A DNA stretch of 63,020 bases, the filler included, from Perkinsus chesapeaki ATCC PRA-425 (lineage: Eukaryota > Protista > Perkinsozoa), in assembly GCA_013115145.1 (NCBI GenBank). It is 8 parts of 8 records of this genome, joined end to end, with 100 filler letters (N's around TTAATTAATTAA, not from the genome) between each part and the next. Parts side by side here need not be neighbours in the genome. Positions count along the whole stretch, not along the records: positions 22,635 to 29,117 come from JAAPAO010001081.1; positions 29,218 to 53,429 come from JAAPAO010000548.1; 6 more parts are not named here. One strand, given 5' to 3'. This document shows, in pieces, positions 22,635 to 33,048 of the stretch (position 1 is its first letter; every line of letters starts with the position of its first letter). The translations under genes were made by a program, and so were the position numbers. The notes under the pieces are model-generated. The model worked only from the letters and a program-made list of their open reading frames with translations. It was not told the origin of the DNA and ran no database searches.

Positions 22635-24855
22635 TGATTGACGTATTGGAGCCCGAAGAGTGCGTCAGGCGGTGCACCCCTGACAATCTTGCCACTGCCT
22701 TGTCTGCCAGGCGCACCTTTATATGGGCCCCGAAAGGGGGGCTTTGCCCCTTTTGTCGGTCCCCTTCGCATGGTGCATTCAAAGCCTTGGCTTGTCCGAA
22801 AAACGTGGTAGGAGAGCCCGGAGGCTGGGGATCCGTCCTTCGGACAGTGCGACGCCAGTGTCGCATTGAGACGTGTAGAAAAACGTGGCTCTGCACAAAA
22901 GACGCGTTCCTTGAGACATTGCCAGGATACATACGGCATAGTTTCAACTCGAGGTTTGTCATCTCTGGACATGCCCAGAACGCTGTGAGCATGGAGCCCA
23001 TTTTAAGGCTGAGACGAGGGTCTACCATCCAGGCTGAAGTAGATATCGCCGTGGGGCAAGAAAACTGTGCACTCCTTAAACGGAGAGAACTGTATGCCAG
23101 TACCGTTCTTAAATGGCGAAAAGAAAGCCTATGGCAAGGACTTGGCAAGCTCACGGCCTTGGAAGCTCCTGAAGTGGCGATCAAGGCGCCAACCCATACG
23201 CTCTCCTATTACTTGCTGCGGAATGGGTTTATCACCGACTATAGAAGAAATAAGCAGAGTCTCTTAGAAGAACTCTCCGCCTACCGGACGGACAACGTGC
23301 TAAAACTGGATCACAGCCGTCCAGCTGCCCGTAAATTAACCACCGCACATGCATCCGGGTACATATGTTGTATTATTGATGGTAATAATATCATCCACAA
23401 CATCGTTGTGACCGGAAGCACCTCCTATCATGACCTCGAGAATTGTTTCCGGGAATTGAAGCCCCGCATAAACATTGGGACCGAGAATCTGGTTATCTAC
23501 ACCGACAATGCGTGTTGTGGGAACGCTAGCAAAACTCTTCGGCGCGTTGTCTCCTCTTGCTGCCAAATCCCTGACGAGAAGATAGTGACGAAGTTAGATG
23601 TGCTCCACGCTATGCTTCGCCTTTCGCGGAGTTGTAACCTCCAGTCGCCACGATATCCGTTATTCTCTCGTGCACTAAGCCAAGCTATGCTGATCCCTTC
23701 GAAGGGGGATTATGATATTCTGAGGAGTGATCTGGCGAAAAAAAACACTCAATCCGAAGGCGATGAAGTGCTGAAGATACCGAAAAGCCTCCTGAAGCGC
23801 TCGATTCGGCGAGTAGTGCCTGACGCGGCGACTCTACAAAAACGACTGGAGCGGGTCACAAAATGCTATATGGCTCTAGATGCTGAGGCCGAGGAGTGTC
23901 ACAGTCCCGACTCCCGCCCCATTACTCTTCTCACGGATGAATTCTGGTTGAACTACAAAAGTCTTCAACACCACATTCTATCCTCATGCATCAGCGATGA
24001 TCCCTCCATGAAAATCTACATACCGATGGCTCTTATCGATGTCGAAGGTCGACGAGCCATTGCGAGTCTCGCCATTCTGCTATTCGACGTAATATGGCAG
24101 CAGTAAGCAGACTGGGGTTAGATTGCTGGGACGCTAGGTTGCTCTGGGATATCACCTTCGCTAACCGGAGGACCACTTCTGCAATGCTAGGGAACCCAGT
24201 TACGCCAATTCCGTTACGGAGTTGGCGGATATTGGTGGAGAAACAACTTGTGGTGACGCAAGAATAACTTTTGGTTCGGAGTACCTGCGGCAGCAGGACG
24301 CTAAGCTTTACGAGGATTCATTTCACGAGTGGATCTCTGAAAAAATGAATGATACTGTGGAGCATGGTAATTGCGAAGATACAGATGACAGCGACACAGA
24401 GTTTCTTGATGGCTCCGATATTAATGGCTTATCACATGCAGACCTCTGGGATGACCGCCAAACGGTATCCAAAAAAGATATTGATGCGGTTTATGAGGAA
24501 CTGATAACGTCCCCAAGAAAACGGTCTAAAGTTATGAGGCTCAAAGGAATGAGAGCGGCTACTCAAGTGGTGCCCTTGAGTAATTGGAGCCATGCCGTTA
24601 GGACAACGATCCACGATGTGATGGCATCTTTGCCGGCCGATCAATGCCGTCCTGCGCAAGTCTTCAAGGCCTACAGTAAAAAGGTTCTGGATGAACTAAG
24701 TCAAGCACTGAGCCGCAGTCCAGACGATTGTGTATCCCGGGTTGGCTTGCATCGTGTCTCGTTACACGACGTGGGGGAGTATATGCGGGAGTTGCAGAAT
24801 GCCCTAGCAGGAGCGGCCGTAACTGCAGACGGTGTGAAAGCGTTACAGAATCTGC
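22635..24855 (+). mobile_element. Dada-like DDE DNA transposase, 5'-truncated by the gap, with two frameshifts
   Basis: N-terminal CCCC finger (CPFC...CRIETC), IIDGNN (1st D), VIYTDNACC (2nd D), LDVLHAMLRL (DxxH) and SCISDDP. In the -1 frame follows YRCRRSTSHCESRH (catalytic E), and after a second -1 shift ITFGSEYLRQQ. The motif order fits Dada/MuDR-related transposases as recalled; this was not searched. Confidence 0.65.
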
Positions 24856-24992
24856 TGTTATGTCTGTCTACTTTGCACAATAACTCACACAATCCTTGTC
24901 TACCTATATCGATCACGGTATTACCTACATATTTCCTAGTTAATACATTAATATCTTATTCTACTAAATACTCGTGCCTTTGAGTTACTACA
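24856..24992 (+). repeat. Putative 5' LTR of retrotransposon 2 (137 bp, TG...CA)
   Basis: Starts TGTTATG and ends TACTACA. AT-rich; interrupts the transposase ORF; followed after one nucleotide by a TGG-starting PBS. Confidence 0.6.
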
Positions 24993-24993
24993 G

Positions 24994-25006
24994 TGGTGCC
25001 CAGACC
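24994..25006 (+). promoter_or_regulatory. Primer-binding site (tRNA-complementary, TGGTGCCCAGACC)
   Basis: The TGG start complements tRNA CCA. A 3' end of ...GGGCA-CCA fits His- or Phe-type tRNAs. Confidence 0.55.
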
Positions 25007-25015
25007 CACTCTACT

Positions 25016-25960
25016 ATGACAGCATCTGATACTACTATGACTTCATCAGCATCAACAAGTTCACACACTAGTCTACCACCTCCATTCCAAGGCCGTGCTG
25101 ACGAATCTATTGTAGAGTTCTTAACTCGTTATGGTCTATGTGTTCGAGCAAACGGCTGGGATGAAACTAAAGTGTGCTGGAAACTGTCGACATGTCTTAC
25201 TGGTCGAGCCTTACAAGTCTATCTATCTTTTGATGATGCTTATCGTGGTAATTATAATACTATTCGTATCGCTCTGTTATGCCATCTCATCAAGCCACCT
25301 TATCAGGCGGCTGCTGAATTCCGCGACCGCCACCTCGAGCCCGGTGAAAGTGTAGACACTCTATTGTACGACCTTAACAAGTTGTATTTTGAAGCCCATT
25401 TCGTCACTCCAAGTGCGGAAAAGGGTCTACCTGAGTTCGATAAGTTCGTGAAGCTCAACACTGACGCCAACTATCATCGAGACATGATTCTGAAAGTAAT
25501 GGAAGCTTTACCATCTCATATTGCAAGCCACTTGAGGGTTATGCAATTCACTACAGTTGACGAGGTGACTCGACAAGCTCGCATCGAGTTGGCTACGCAC
25601 CCTTATGAAGTCCCTATCGACGAGCCTAAATCTAGTAGCACATCACCTCCTGAGACAGAAGACCCTTTGGAGGAGCTTGCGGTGCTACGAGAAGAAGTTG
25701 CTGCCTTAAGACGTTCTAGCTTTGGTAAAGGTCGAGGACGCTACCGACATGGTCAACAATCTACTGGTTATGAGAGATCCAAGTATCGCCGACCAGGGCA
25801 AAAGAAATGGTGTACCTATCATAAAGCTACTACACATTGGACGTCTGAATGTAATGCTATCAAGAGACTTGCTGATCAAAGACAACCTAACTTTACGGCT
25901 ACTTCTGAAATGTCCCCAAACGGGGAAGAGGCGACGGATTTGATCGCACCGTCGTCTTAA
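25016..25960 (+). CDS. Gag of LTR retrotransposon 2
   Basis: PPPFQGRADESIVEFLTRY...GWDE capsid-like motif and a variant knuckle, WCTYHKATTHWTSEC (CxxHx4Hx4C). Confidence 0.85.
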   Translation: MTASDTTMTSSASTSSHTSLPPPFQGRADESIVEFLTRYGLCVRANGWDETKVCWKLSTCLTGRALQVYLSFDDAYRGNYNTIRIALLCHLIKPPYQAAAEFRDRHLEPGESVDTLLYDLNKLYFEAHFVTPSAEKGLPEFDKFVKLNTDANYHRDMILKVMEALPSHIASHLRVMQFTTVDEVTRQARIELATHPYEVPIDEPKSSSTSPPETEDPLEELAVLREEVAALRRSSFGKGRGRYRHGQQSTGYERSKYRRPGQKKWCTYHKATTHWTSECNAIKRLADQRQPNFTATSEMSPNGEEATDLIAPSS

Positions 25961-28900
25961 CTTCGCCAATTGCTAAAATCAAACTATCATGTTTGATAGA
26001 CACAGGCGCCTCGCGATCATTTATTGATAGTAATATTATTAATAAGTATAAATTGTCTAACTTCGTAAAGAAGTCAACTAAGCTTTACTCCTTCTCTATA
26101 CCAAATTCATATGTTCATACATCGTCATTTATCTCGTTATCTTTCTATATTGCTAATGATTCTTCGAAACAATTCACCCATCAATTCTTGATCGCAAATC
26201 TTGGCTCTCTGCCATCTTGTATTTTAGGGTATGACTTCCTACGGTCCAATGGTGCCACTCTCACGCTTGGTCAAGATCTTCCCCCACATGGACGCCTCGT
26301 CTTCGCACCTACCCAACAAGCCCAGAATGACTCTACTTCAACTCACGTTGGCAAACTACTCTCACCAAAAGCCTCACAACTACTATGTGGATGGAAACCA
26401 TTGAAGTCATCTCTAGGTGACTGCTTTCAATTTCGAGTTCGAGCTCTTCAAGATGGTGAACTTCGTGATACCCCTGAACAAGAATTTACATGTGAAATTA
26501 AATGGAATCTACAATCTCTCCCCGATAGTCTACGACGAAGCTCTGACTACTCCGTCCAGTTGATCGACAAATTATCACAGAAGGAACAAGACTTGTTTTG
26601 GAAAGAAGTATCTACATATATAAAGAAAGGATGGTGGCAAGAAGTTCAACAAGATCAATTACCCCAAGACGCCTTATGGGCAGTGTGTTTTCCAATAAAA
26701 CAAGAAGGACATTCAACTCCAATTAGACCAGTAGTTGATCTAAGAAGCTACAATAGTGCCATCAATACTACTTCATCATATAATGGTCCGTCTACAATCG
26801 ACATCCTGAACAAGATGAGATGTCAATATAAGAAGAATGATGAAATTATGGTCCTAGATTTATCGAAATGCTATTATAAGTTCCGTACGGTGGATCCTCT
26901 ATATATTAAGGTTGGTGGTAAAATATATAAATGTCATCGGATGTCTTTCGGTCTGGTATGTGGAGCAAGTGCCTTGGAAGAAGCCACCCACCACTTTGAT
27001 GAAGTAACCAAAATATTGCCTACCACACAAGATGTTACCTTCCAAGCATGGTATTATGATGATCTTACACTACTTGGTAAAAGCCTAAATCACCACGCTG
27101 ATGGTTTAAGTGAATATGCAGCAGTTCTTGGCTGGGAGTTTCCTATATCTAAACGTCACCATCTAACATTTACAGAAGGTCATGATAATGAATGGATATC
27201 GCATCTAGGCTACTTTGTACGTATATCTAATGAAGGTCAATTACAATATCGGTGTAAAATAAAACAAACAAAGTCTTATGATTATGATCTTCTAACCAAA
27301 AGAGAGGTATATGCTATTGCTGGTTGTTTTGTTGATGGTCTTCGGCTGCATCCAGAATGCAGAAGTCTGGCTGACATACTAAGGATCTATGCCGGCCAGC
27401 AATCAGCGTGGGACCAACCAATATCTGATCCTACACTTAGGAACTTTCTCAACGAGACCATCGGTGTCCTTCTGTCATATCTACCATCAACGTTATGTAT
27501 ACATCAAGCTTCGTTCCAAGGGAACTCGCTGTCTGTTTATGCTGATGCTTCATCTTATGCCTATGGTTATTCCATCGTGGTTGATAAAGATATCCTTGAA
27601 GAAGCTTCAAGACGTTGGCATAAAAGAGAGATCTACTGGCACATTAACCGCAAGGAGACGAGAGCCGTCGCTGAAGCACTAGCAAGAGTCTTAATCTGGT
27701 ATGAAAAATATGGTTTACAATGTTCTACAGTTGATATTTATACTGACAGCAGTACAGTGGTGAAATGGTGCACTGGTGCTTCTATGAATTTGAAGACGAA
27801 GTCGCTAGAGCGGCAAGCTTTGAACCGGTTATTAACAATAATAAGAGAGCATATCGATTACTTGGGCGAGCGCAATGTCTCTATAGCGTTTCATCTTATT
27901 GGTACCGCTGACAATTCAAGAGCTGACTACCTTTCTCGGCAACCATGGGCCCCAACTCCACCGGACTATCTTTCTGATTTGGCTATACTTGCTCCAATCC
28001 GAGTGTGTTCTCAAGGACATCCTCATGAACAGCATCTGTCGAAGAAATACCATAACGACAAGGATCTACAAGAATTGGTTCAAGCTATTGATGAGAAGAA
28101 ATTATCTGCACAAGTACCACTGGTTTGGCAACGTTTTTTCTGGCAGCTATCAACAGCCGACGGTATTATCTATCGTACATATGTTCCGGCTGACCTAGGT
28201 TATCAAGTGACAGTGCCAGTTCCTGATAAATCTCGCAGATATTATATCATCGAGAACACTCACAACAACATCAATCATTTGGGTATCAAAGCAACTAGAA
28301 GTGAGATATGTAAGAGCTATTTTTGGCCTGGTATGAGCTCTGATATTGTAAACTTCATAGCGGCTTGTCCTGTATGCTTGGTTGTCAAACCACCTAATCG
28401 TTCAGTAGGACATCATGGACGGATTGGCTCCCAAGTTAATCAACCTCTTGACCGAATTTATATTGATGTTACACATCCACATCGACTATTACGGCCAGTT
28501 CTAACGGTAATGGATGCATTCTCCAGATTGGTCTTCGCCTTCGAATTGAAGCACGGTGAATCATCAAGAGATGTGGTGGAAGCTTTGAATGTCATTTTTC
28601 GTTTGCATCCAGGTATAAAAGAGATATATTGTGATAACGGTCAAGCCTTCAAATCTACTGAGTTCATCAACTTCATCAAGAGCAAGAATGCATTCATCAA
28701 GTACTCGGTACCACATCAACCTCAAACCAATGGAGTAATTGAAAGGTTTCATCGACTTCTGCGACAATCTATTCTATGCCAACAGCTGACTAACCATCCA
28801 CCTTCCTCAGCGGGAAGTCTTAGTCATAATGAAGTTCTGCGGTGGATGAATAATGCTGTTCATATCTACAATTCAATTCCACATGGTTCACATGGTCTTA

Positions 28901-29117
28901 CTCCAGCGACGCTATTTTATGCCACCCCATCGACTTGGTGTAAAGTTAGTAGAAGCCTGAGGAGCAGCCAGAATGTCAAGTCTGACCATATTATTGGAGA
29001 CAAACCTCCGGGTTCTATTGTCATATTGCGTCGAAAATATTCTGCTTTCCCTTCTACCACTGCTTTCTTCGGTCCTACATTTTATGTCGTGAGTAAATGG
29101 CTATCTCCTCATCGTAT
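25909..29117 (+). CDS. Pol polyprotein (PR-RT-RNaseH-INT), 3'-truncated by the gap
   Basis: Protease LIDTGAS; RT RPVVDLR, LDLSKCYY, MSFGL, YYDD; RNase H VYADAS, HINRKE, YTDS, RADYLSR; integrase HNNINHLG..CPVC, D-D(CDNG)-E(IERF). Confidence 0.93.
25915..25983 (+). promoter_or_regulatory. -1 programmed ribosomal frameshift signal (gag-pol)
   Basis: Slippery heptamer C CCA AAC (25915-25921) in the gag frame, a 6-nt spacer, then a 10-bp stem GAGGCGACGG/CCGTCGTCTT. The pol frame is -1 and opens at 25909. Confidence 0.8.
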
Positions 29118-29318
29118 NNNNNNNNNNNNNNNNNNNNNNNNNNNNNNNNNNNNNNNNNNNNTTAATTAATTAANNNNNNNNNNNNNNNNNNNNNNNNNNN
29201 NNNNNNNNNNNNNNNNNCTACAAATATTCAAGTAACACGCTCCGGACGGTAATCCCCGAGTAAACTGGGTCAACTACGTTAACCTGTATTTTAATATTAT
29301 TCGTAGATGGTTCTTGAA

Positions 29319-30921
29319 TAGGTCAAACCAGGTCTGTGGGAGCGTCTAACAGAAGCGGCTATAAGCCAATGGGAAGAGTTAATACGAGGAGAGATTCCTA
29401 GTGTGGCAGTACAGTACTTGTCAGCTGTAGCGGTGATAGATGGTGGGGAAGGTCGTGGGTTCGATCCTGGCATGCTGCATTTTTAGATCATTTAATATCG
29501 CATGGATTGCCATCGGCAAATACACAGGATTTCGCATCGGCAATGTGTACTGTGTTATTGGAGAAAGGCAGTCAGCTTGATACGAACCTCGCCGCGAGGG
29601 CTATAGCGAGTCTTGGAAAACTGCACAGGTGATAATGAATATGATGTTCATTATTATAATAATATAATATGGGTATATTTTACTGCAGCACTCCTTTAAC
29701 CAGGCAGGCCGATACAGAAGTACTGAGCTGCCAACGCTAATTTATCTGTCTTCGTATGTCTGTATTTTATTCTTTATTTATTATCATCTCCATGCGGGGG
29801 AAATCGGCAAAATATTGCGGTTTCGATTCTGTGCTTTTTGTACCTCTGGTTCGTGTAAAGCTCTGGTGAGGGAAGTGGTATGAAGGACTTCGAAAAGTGT
29901 TTTTGGTAGCGTTCAAAAATGTTACTGTGCGCACATGTTCCCGTGAGAAATTGTAAATTTTAGCGGCTGTCGTTGGAGGTGGATCGGTCATTGGTGATGT
30001 CTTATGATAGATATAATGAAGCGGTGTGGAGTCCTTTGATGGATAATATAATGAATAATATAGACCAGTTGAGGGCAGATCATATAGGACAGGTGGTGCT
30101 TATACCAGGGTTTAGTGGTGATTGTAGGGTCTAAGGGAATGATAAATCATGGCAACATGAGATGGGCGTTTAACTATATACTTTACTTATAATTTTATAA
30201 CTCATCCCTCCGAAGGGGAATACTTTACGGATACTTCGTCGTGCACGCATCGACCTTAGATTCGGTCACATCTTGCATCATTTTCACCATTCTTTTCATA
30301 TACGGTATCACTGAACCCGTTCGAGGGTTCTGAAGGCATGCTTTCCCTTTCTTTACGTATTCTGGAGGCAGGATTAACAATAATTTCGTAAAATAATTAA
30401 TTCGATCCAGATTTATTTTCTTTATTTTACGTGGGGCTTCGGTTTTCCCATTAGTTTATATCAACTGCTCCATGGTAGAGTGGTGCATCCTCTCTTTTGG
30501 GCATTTCGTGGCGCGCGGTAATGGATACGACGGTGGGTTCAGGTATCCTTGGGGATAGCTAGAGCAGGACGAGCTCACCCGCTGGCAACCCCACTGCTCG
30601 CCGGTTTGTCTGCGAGAGCGATTAGTATAATAGTCGAGTTTGATGCATGGTGTGTTGCGAATACAATGCAGGGGTAGGTCGTGGGTTCGATCCCGGGGAG
30701 GGGCATTTTAATTGTTTAGATTTGCCGCGCTTGGCAAGCGAGATGTTAAATTATTCAGTGCTTTTGCTAAGCATCTTGCTAAGAATGAGAAGTTGTTGGA
30801 AGATGCTACTTCTCAAGGATTGGCTGGAATATTGCATTCGATGGCGAAGGTTAAAATAAAGTACTATACAGGAATGGGTGTCATTCTAATTTCGAAGGAG
30901 ATATTGGAGAAATCGGTATGA
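29319..30921 (+). CDS. Helical-repeat protein (OPR/HPR/RAP-type), multi-exon; middle exons unresolved, may be two genes
   Basis: The in-frame splice at 29443-29486 gives ...AVAVID|DHLISHG... and the splice at 30674-30719 gives FDAWCVANTMQG|FAALGKRDVKLF. ATSQGLAGILHSMAKV resembles OPR/HPR repeat cores. Confidence 0.5.
29443..29486 (+). other. 44-nt intron consisting of a tRNA 3' half
   Basis: GT GGGGAA GGTCGTGGG TTCGATC CTGGC ATGCTGC A TTTTT AG; removing it restores the reading frame. Confidence 0.75.
30674..30719 (+). other. 46-nt intron consisting of a tRNA 3' half
   Basis: GT A GGTCGTGGG TTCGATC CCGGG GAGGGGC A TTTT AATTGTTT AG; removing it restores the reading frame. Confidence 0.75.
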
Positions 30922-32339
30922 GATTCGGGAATAGGTAGGAGAGGTATTGGTAACAACATACATACTCCATAGTATAATTGCTAATATCATATCGTATTGG
31001 CCAATCGAGGGCTTCGTTTGGAGCAAAAACAATTTCTTGGTGAAATGTACTTACTTGAAAGTAGGGTAACCCGGCCTTATTTGGCGGAAGGATGTAATCG
31101 ATCACGCGATCGATTTGTATTACTTCAGGTCTGATATTTTCCTGTATATCATTGCCAATGTTATCATAGCTAAAATGGCTGCATTTGAAGGGCAAGCAAT
31201 AGGGATGGTAATATAAATTATTATTTTGGATCATTATTAATTCGATATTTTTTTGGTCATTTTTTCCTTTTGGTTATCTCCGTGCGCCAATTGCTGCGTT
31301 CGTTTACGATCCGCAGACATAGATTCTCAGAAGTAGCTCAGATGTTAGTGTGACCATCATATAAAAAACTAATATTACATTCTCTTCAGCGTCTTTCATA
31401 TCGGGTCGCTGTTTATTTGTTGTGCGAAGATACGACAGTGATTCTGCATACAGCACGAGTGCATCCATTATAGGCAAATGTTGTGAGCTTTCATCAATAA
31501 ATGTGGGATTGGAATCTATCGACCGTTTCTTCAGCGGATTTCTCGCACGAGTAGGTCGAATCTTTGATAGAAGCCATCGCTTCGAGTGTGTTGAAGGTTG
31601 CTTCAGAGTAAGACCTTAGTTAAACGTCAAGTCTAGGTTTACCGTTTGGGTCGAAGTGCTAAGGTGTGGTTAGGTCTTATATGCATATGGTCGTTTGAAC
31701 TGTAACAATGAAGCATTGGTGAGAGCATGCATTCGACAATTAAGTATAATAATAGATGAAGTTAATTTAATATCGATACATATGATAGAGGATGGGCTTA
31801 AGGTAATCCGGGGAGCTGCTGCTGGCTCGGTGGGCGAGTGTGACAAGGTCTTGTGATGGGTGATACTGTTTCAGTAGTGATGGGGCATTTCGCACGTTAC
31901 TGGTATTTGCCCAATTATTCAGGTTGATAGTTGATTAAGGCTATGCGAGGAAATATTAGTTTGTATAGTTTTATTTTACCAATTAGCCTGTCACGCTTTC
32001 AACTGAGATTGAAAAGTATATTCAACGTTATGTAGATTATTGATGACTGCAGTAATAGCAGGTCGAAAGATATTCTCGATATTTCTAGTATCGTTCACCA
32101 GATAAGCGTTATGTTAAGTTGGAGTAATGAAGTTTCGTATTTAGGGTCTAGGAGCACTGACCAGGGAAGTAGAGGAGATGTTGGCGAAGAGACGAGATGA
32201 AATAGAGCAGCAGCAGCAGGATGGTCATGAGAGCTATGGGACGATTGAGTTTGACGATGGTAGGAGGAGTTTTCATACCGTATATTTGTTTTTCGCGCTT
32301 ACTTTCATACATAACACTGTGCTGATATGATTGCTTATT

Positions 32340-32935
32340 GCATGGAGAATACATGCCTGGTGTTAGAATTCTTATTATGAACATTAAATCTGGAAGATCA
32401 TTGTTTACTCTTGTAGAAGTGATATTAGAGACGTCTTATGGGGAGTTGTTTGAGGTCTTATTATATGTTCTGGCTGGCGATTTTGAATATCTTAGCTCGA
32501 AGCGTGCTTTATTTGCCTATACTAGATACTGAGGATTTGTTTGATATTGTTGATGAGGTGGACGATCCTTTAAGTGACAATATCACTACGGAGGGGACCA
32601 AGGAGGAATCGACAATGATGGCAACAGTAAGAAATTAAAATAATTATTTTACAGAGGAATTTGATAATCCTTATACAACAGGAGTGCACGTATGTGATCG
32701 CCTTGGCGAGGAGGCGCGAAATTCCGGTCTATTTTAACGTTCCCTGAAGATGTTGAGAAAGTTTCTTGCTCAGGCTGAGGAGGTGGAAGCGTCAGTGCCC
32801 ACAGTTTCGGCTGAGGCATCTACTGTATCTGACATTCGAGCGTATTTGAATCAGTCTGATGATGCGAATGAAGATGTAAAAAGTGTGGGAGTTGGTCGGA
32901 AAGGTCGTCGAGGGTCGCGAAAAGCTGCACGTTGA
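32340..32935 (+). CDS. 3' exons of a hypothetical protein
   Basis: Short exon-like ORFs ending in ...DVKSVGVGRKGRRGSRKAAR* at 32935. Confidence 0.35.
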
Positions 32936-33048
32936 AGCGTTTCTGACATGTTTCTGTCTCCTTTGTGGTATTGAGTTTTGTTCTGGCCGCACCAGCATCA
33001 GCGAATTAATGGCCAGATATTTTCACAAGGAAGGGTGTTTCGGTCAAA

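Noticed and set aside
29406-29479. Apparent full-length tRNA formed with GCAGTAC upstream of the 29443 relic
   Set aside because: The 5' part is coding exon (PSVAVQYLSAVAVID) with no D or anticodon stems, so the pairing is coincidental.
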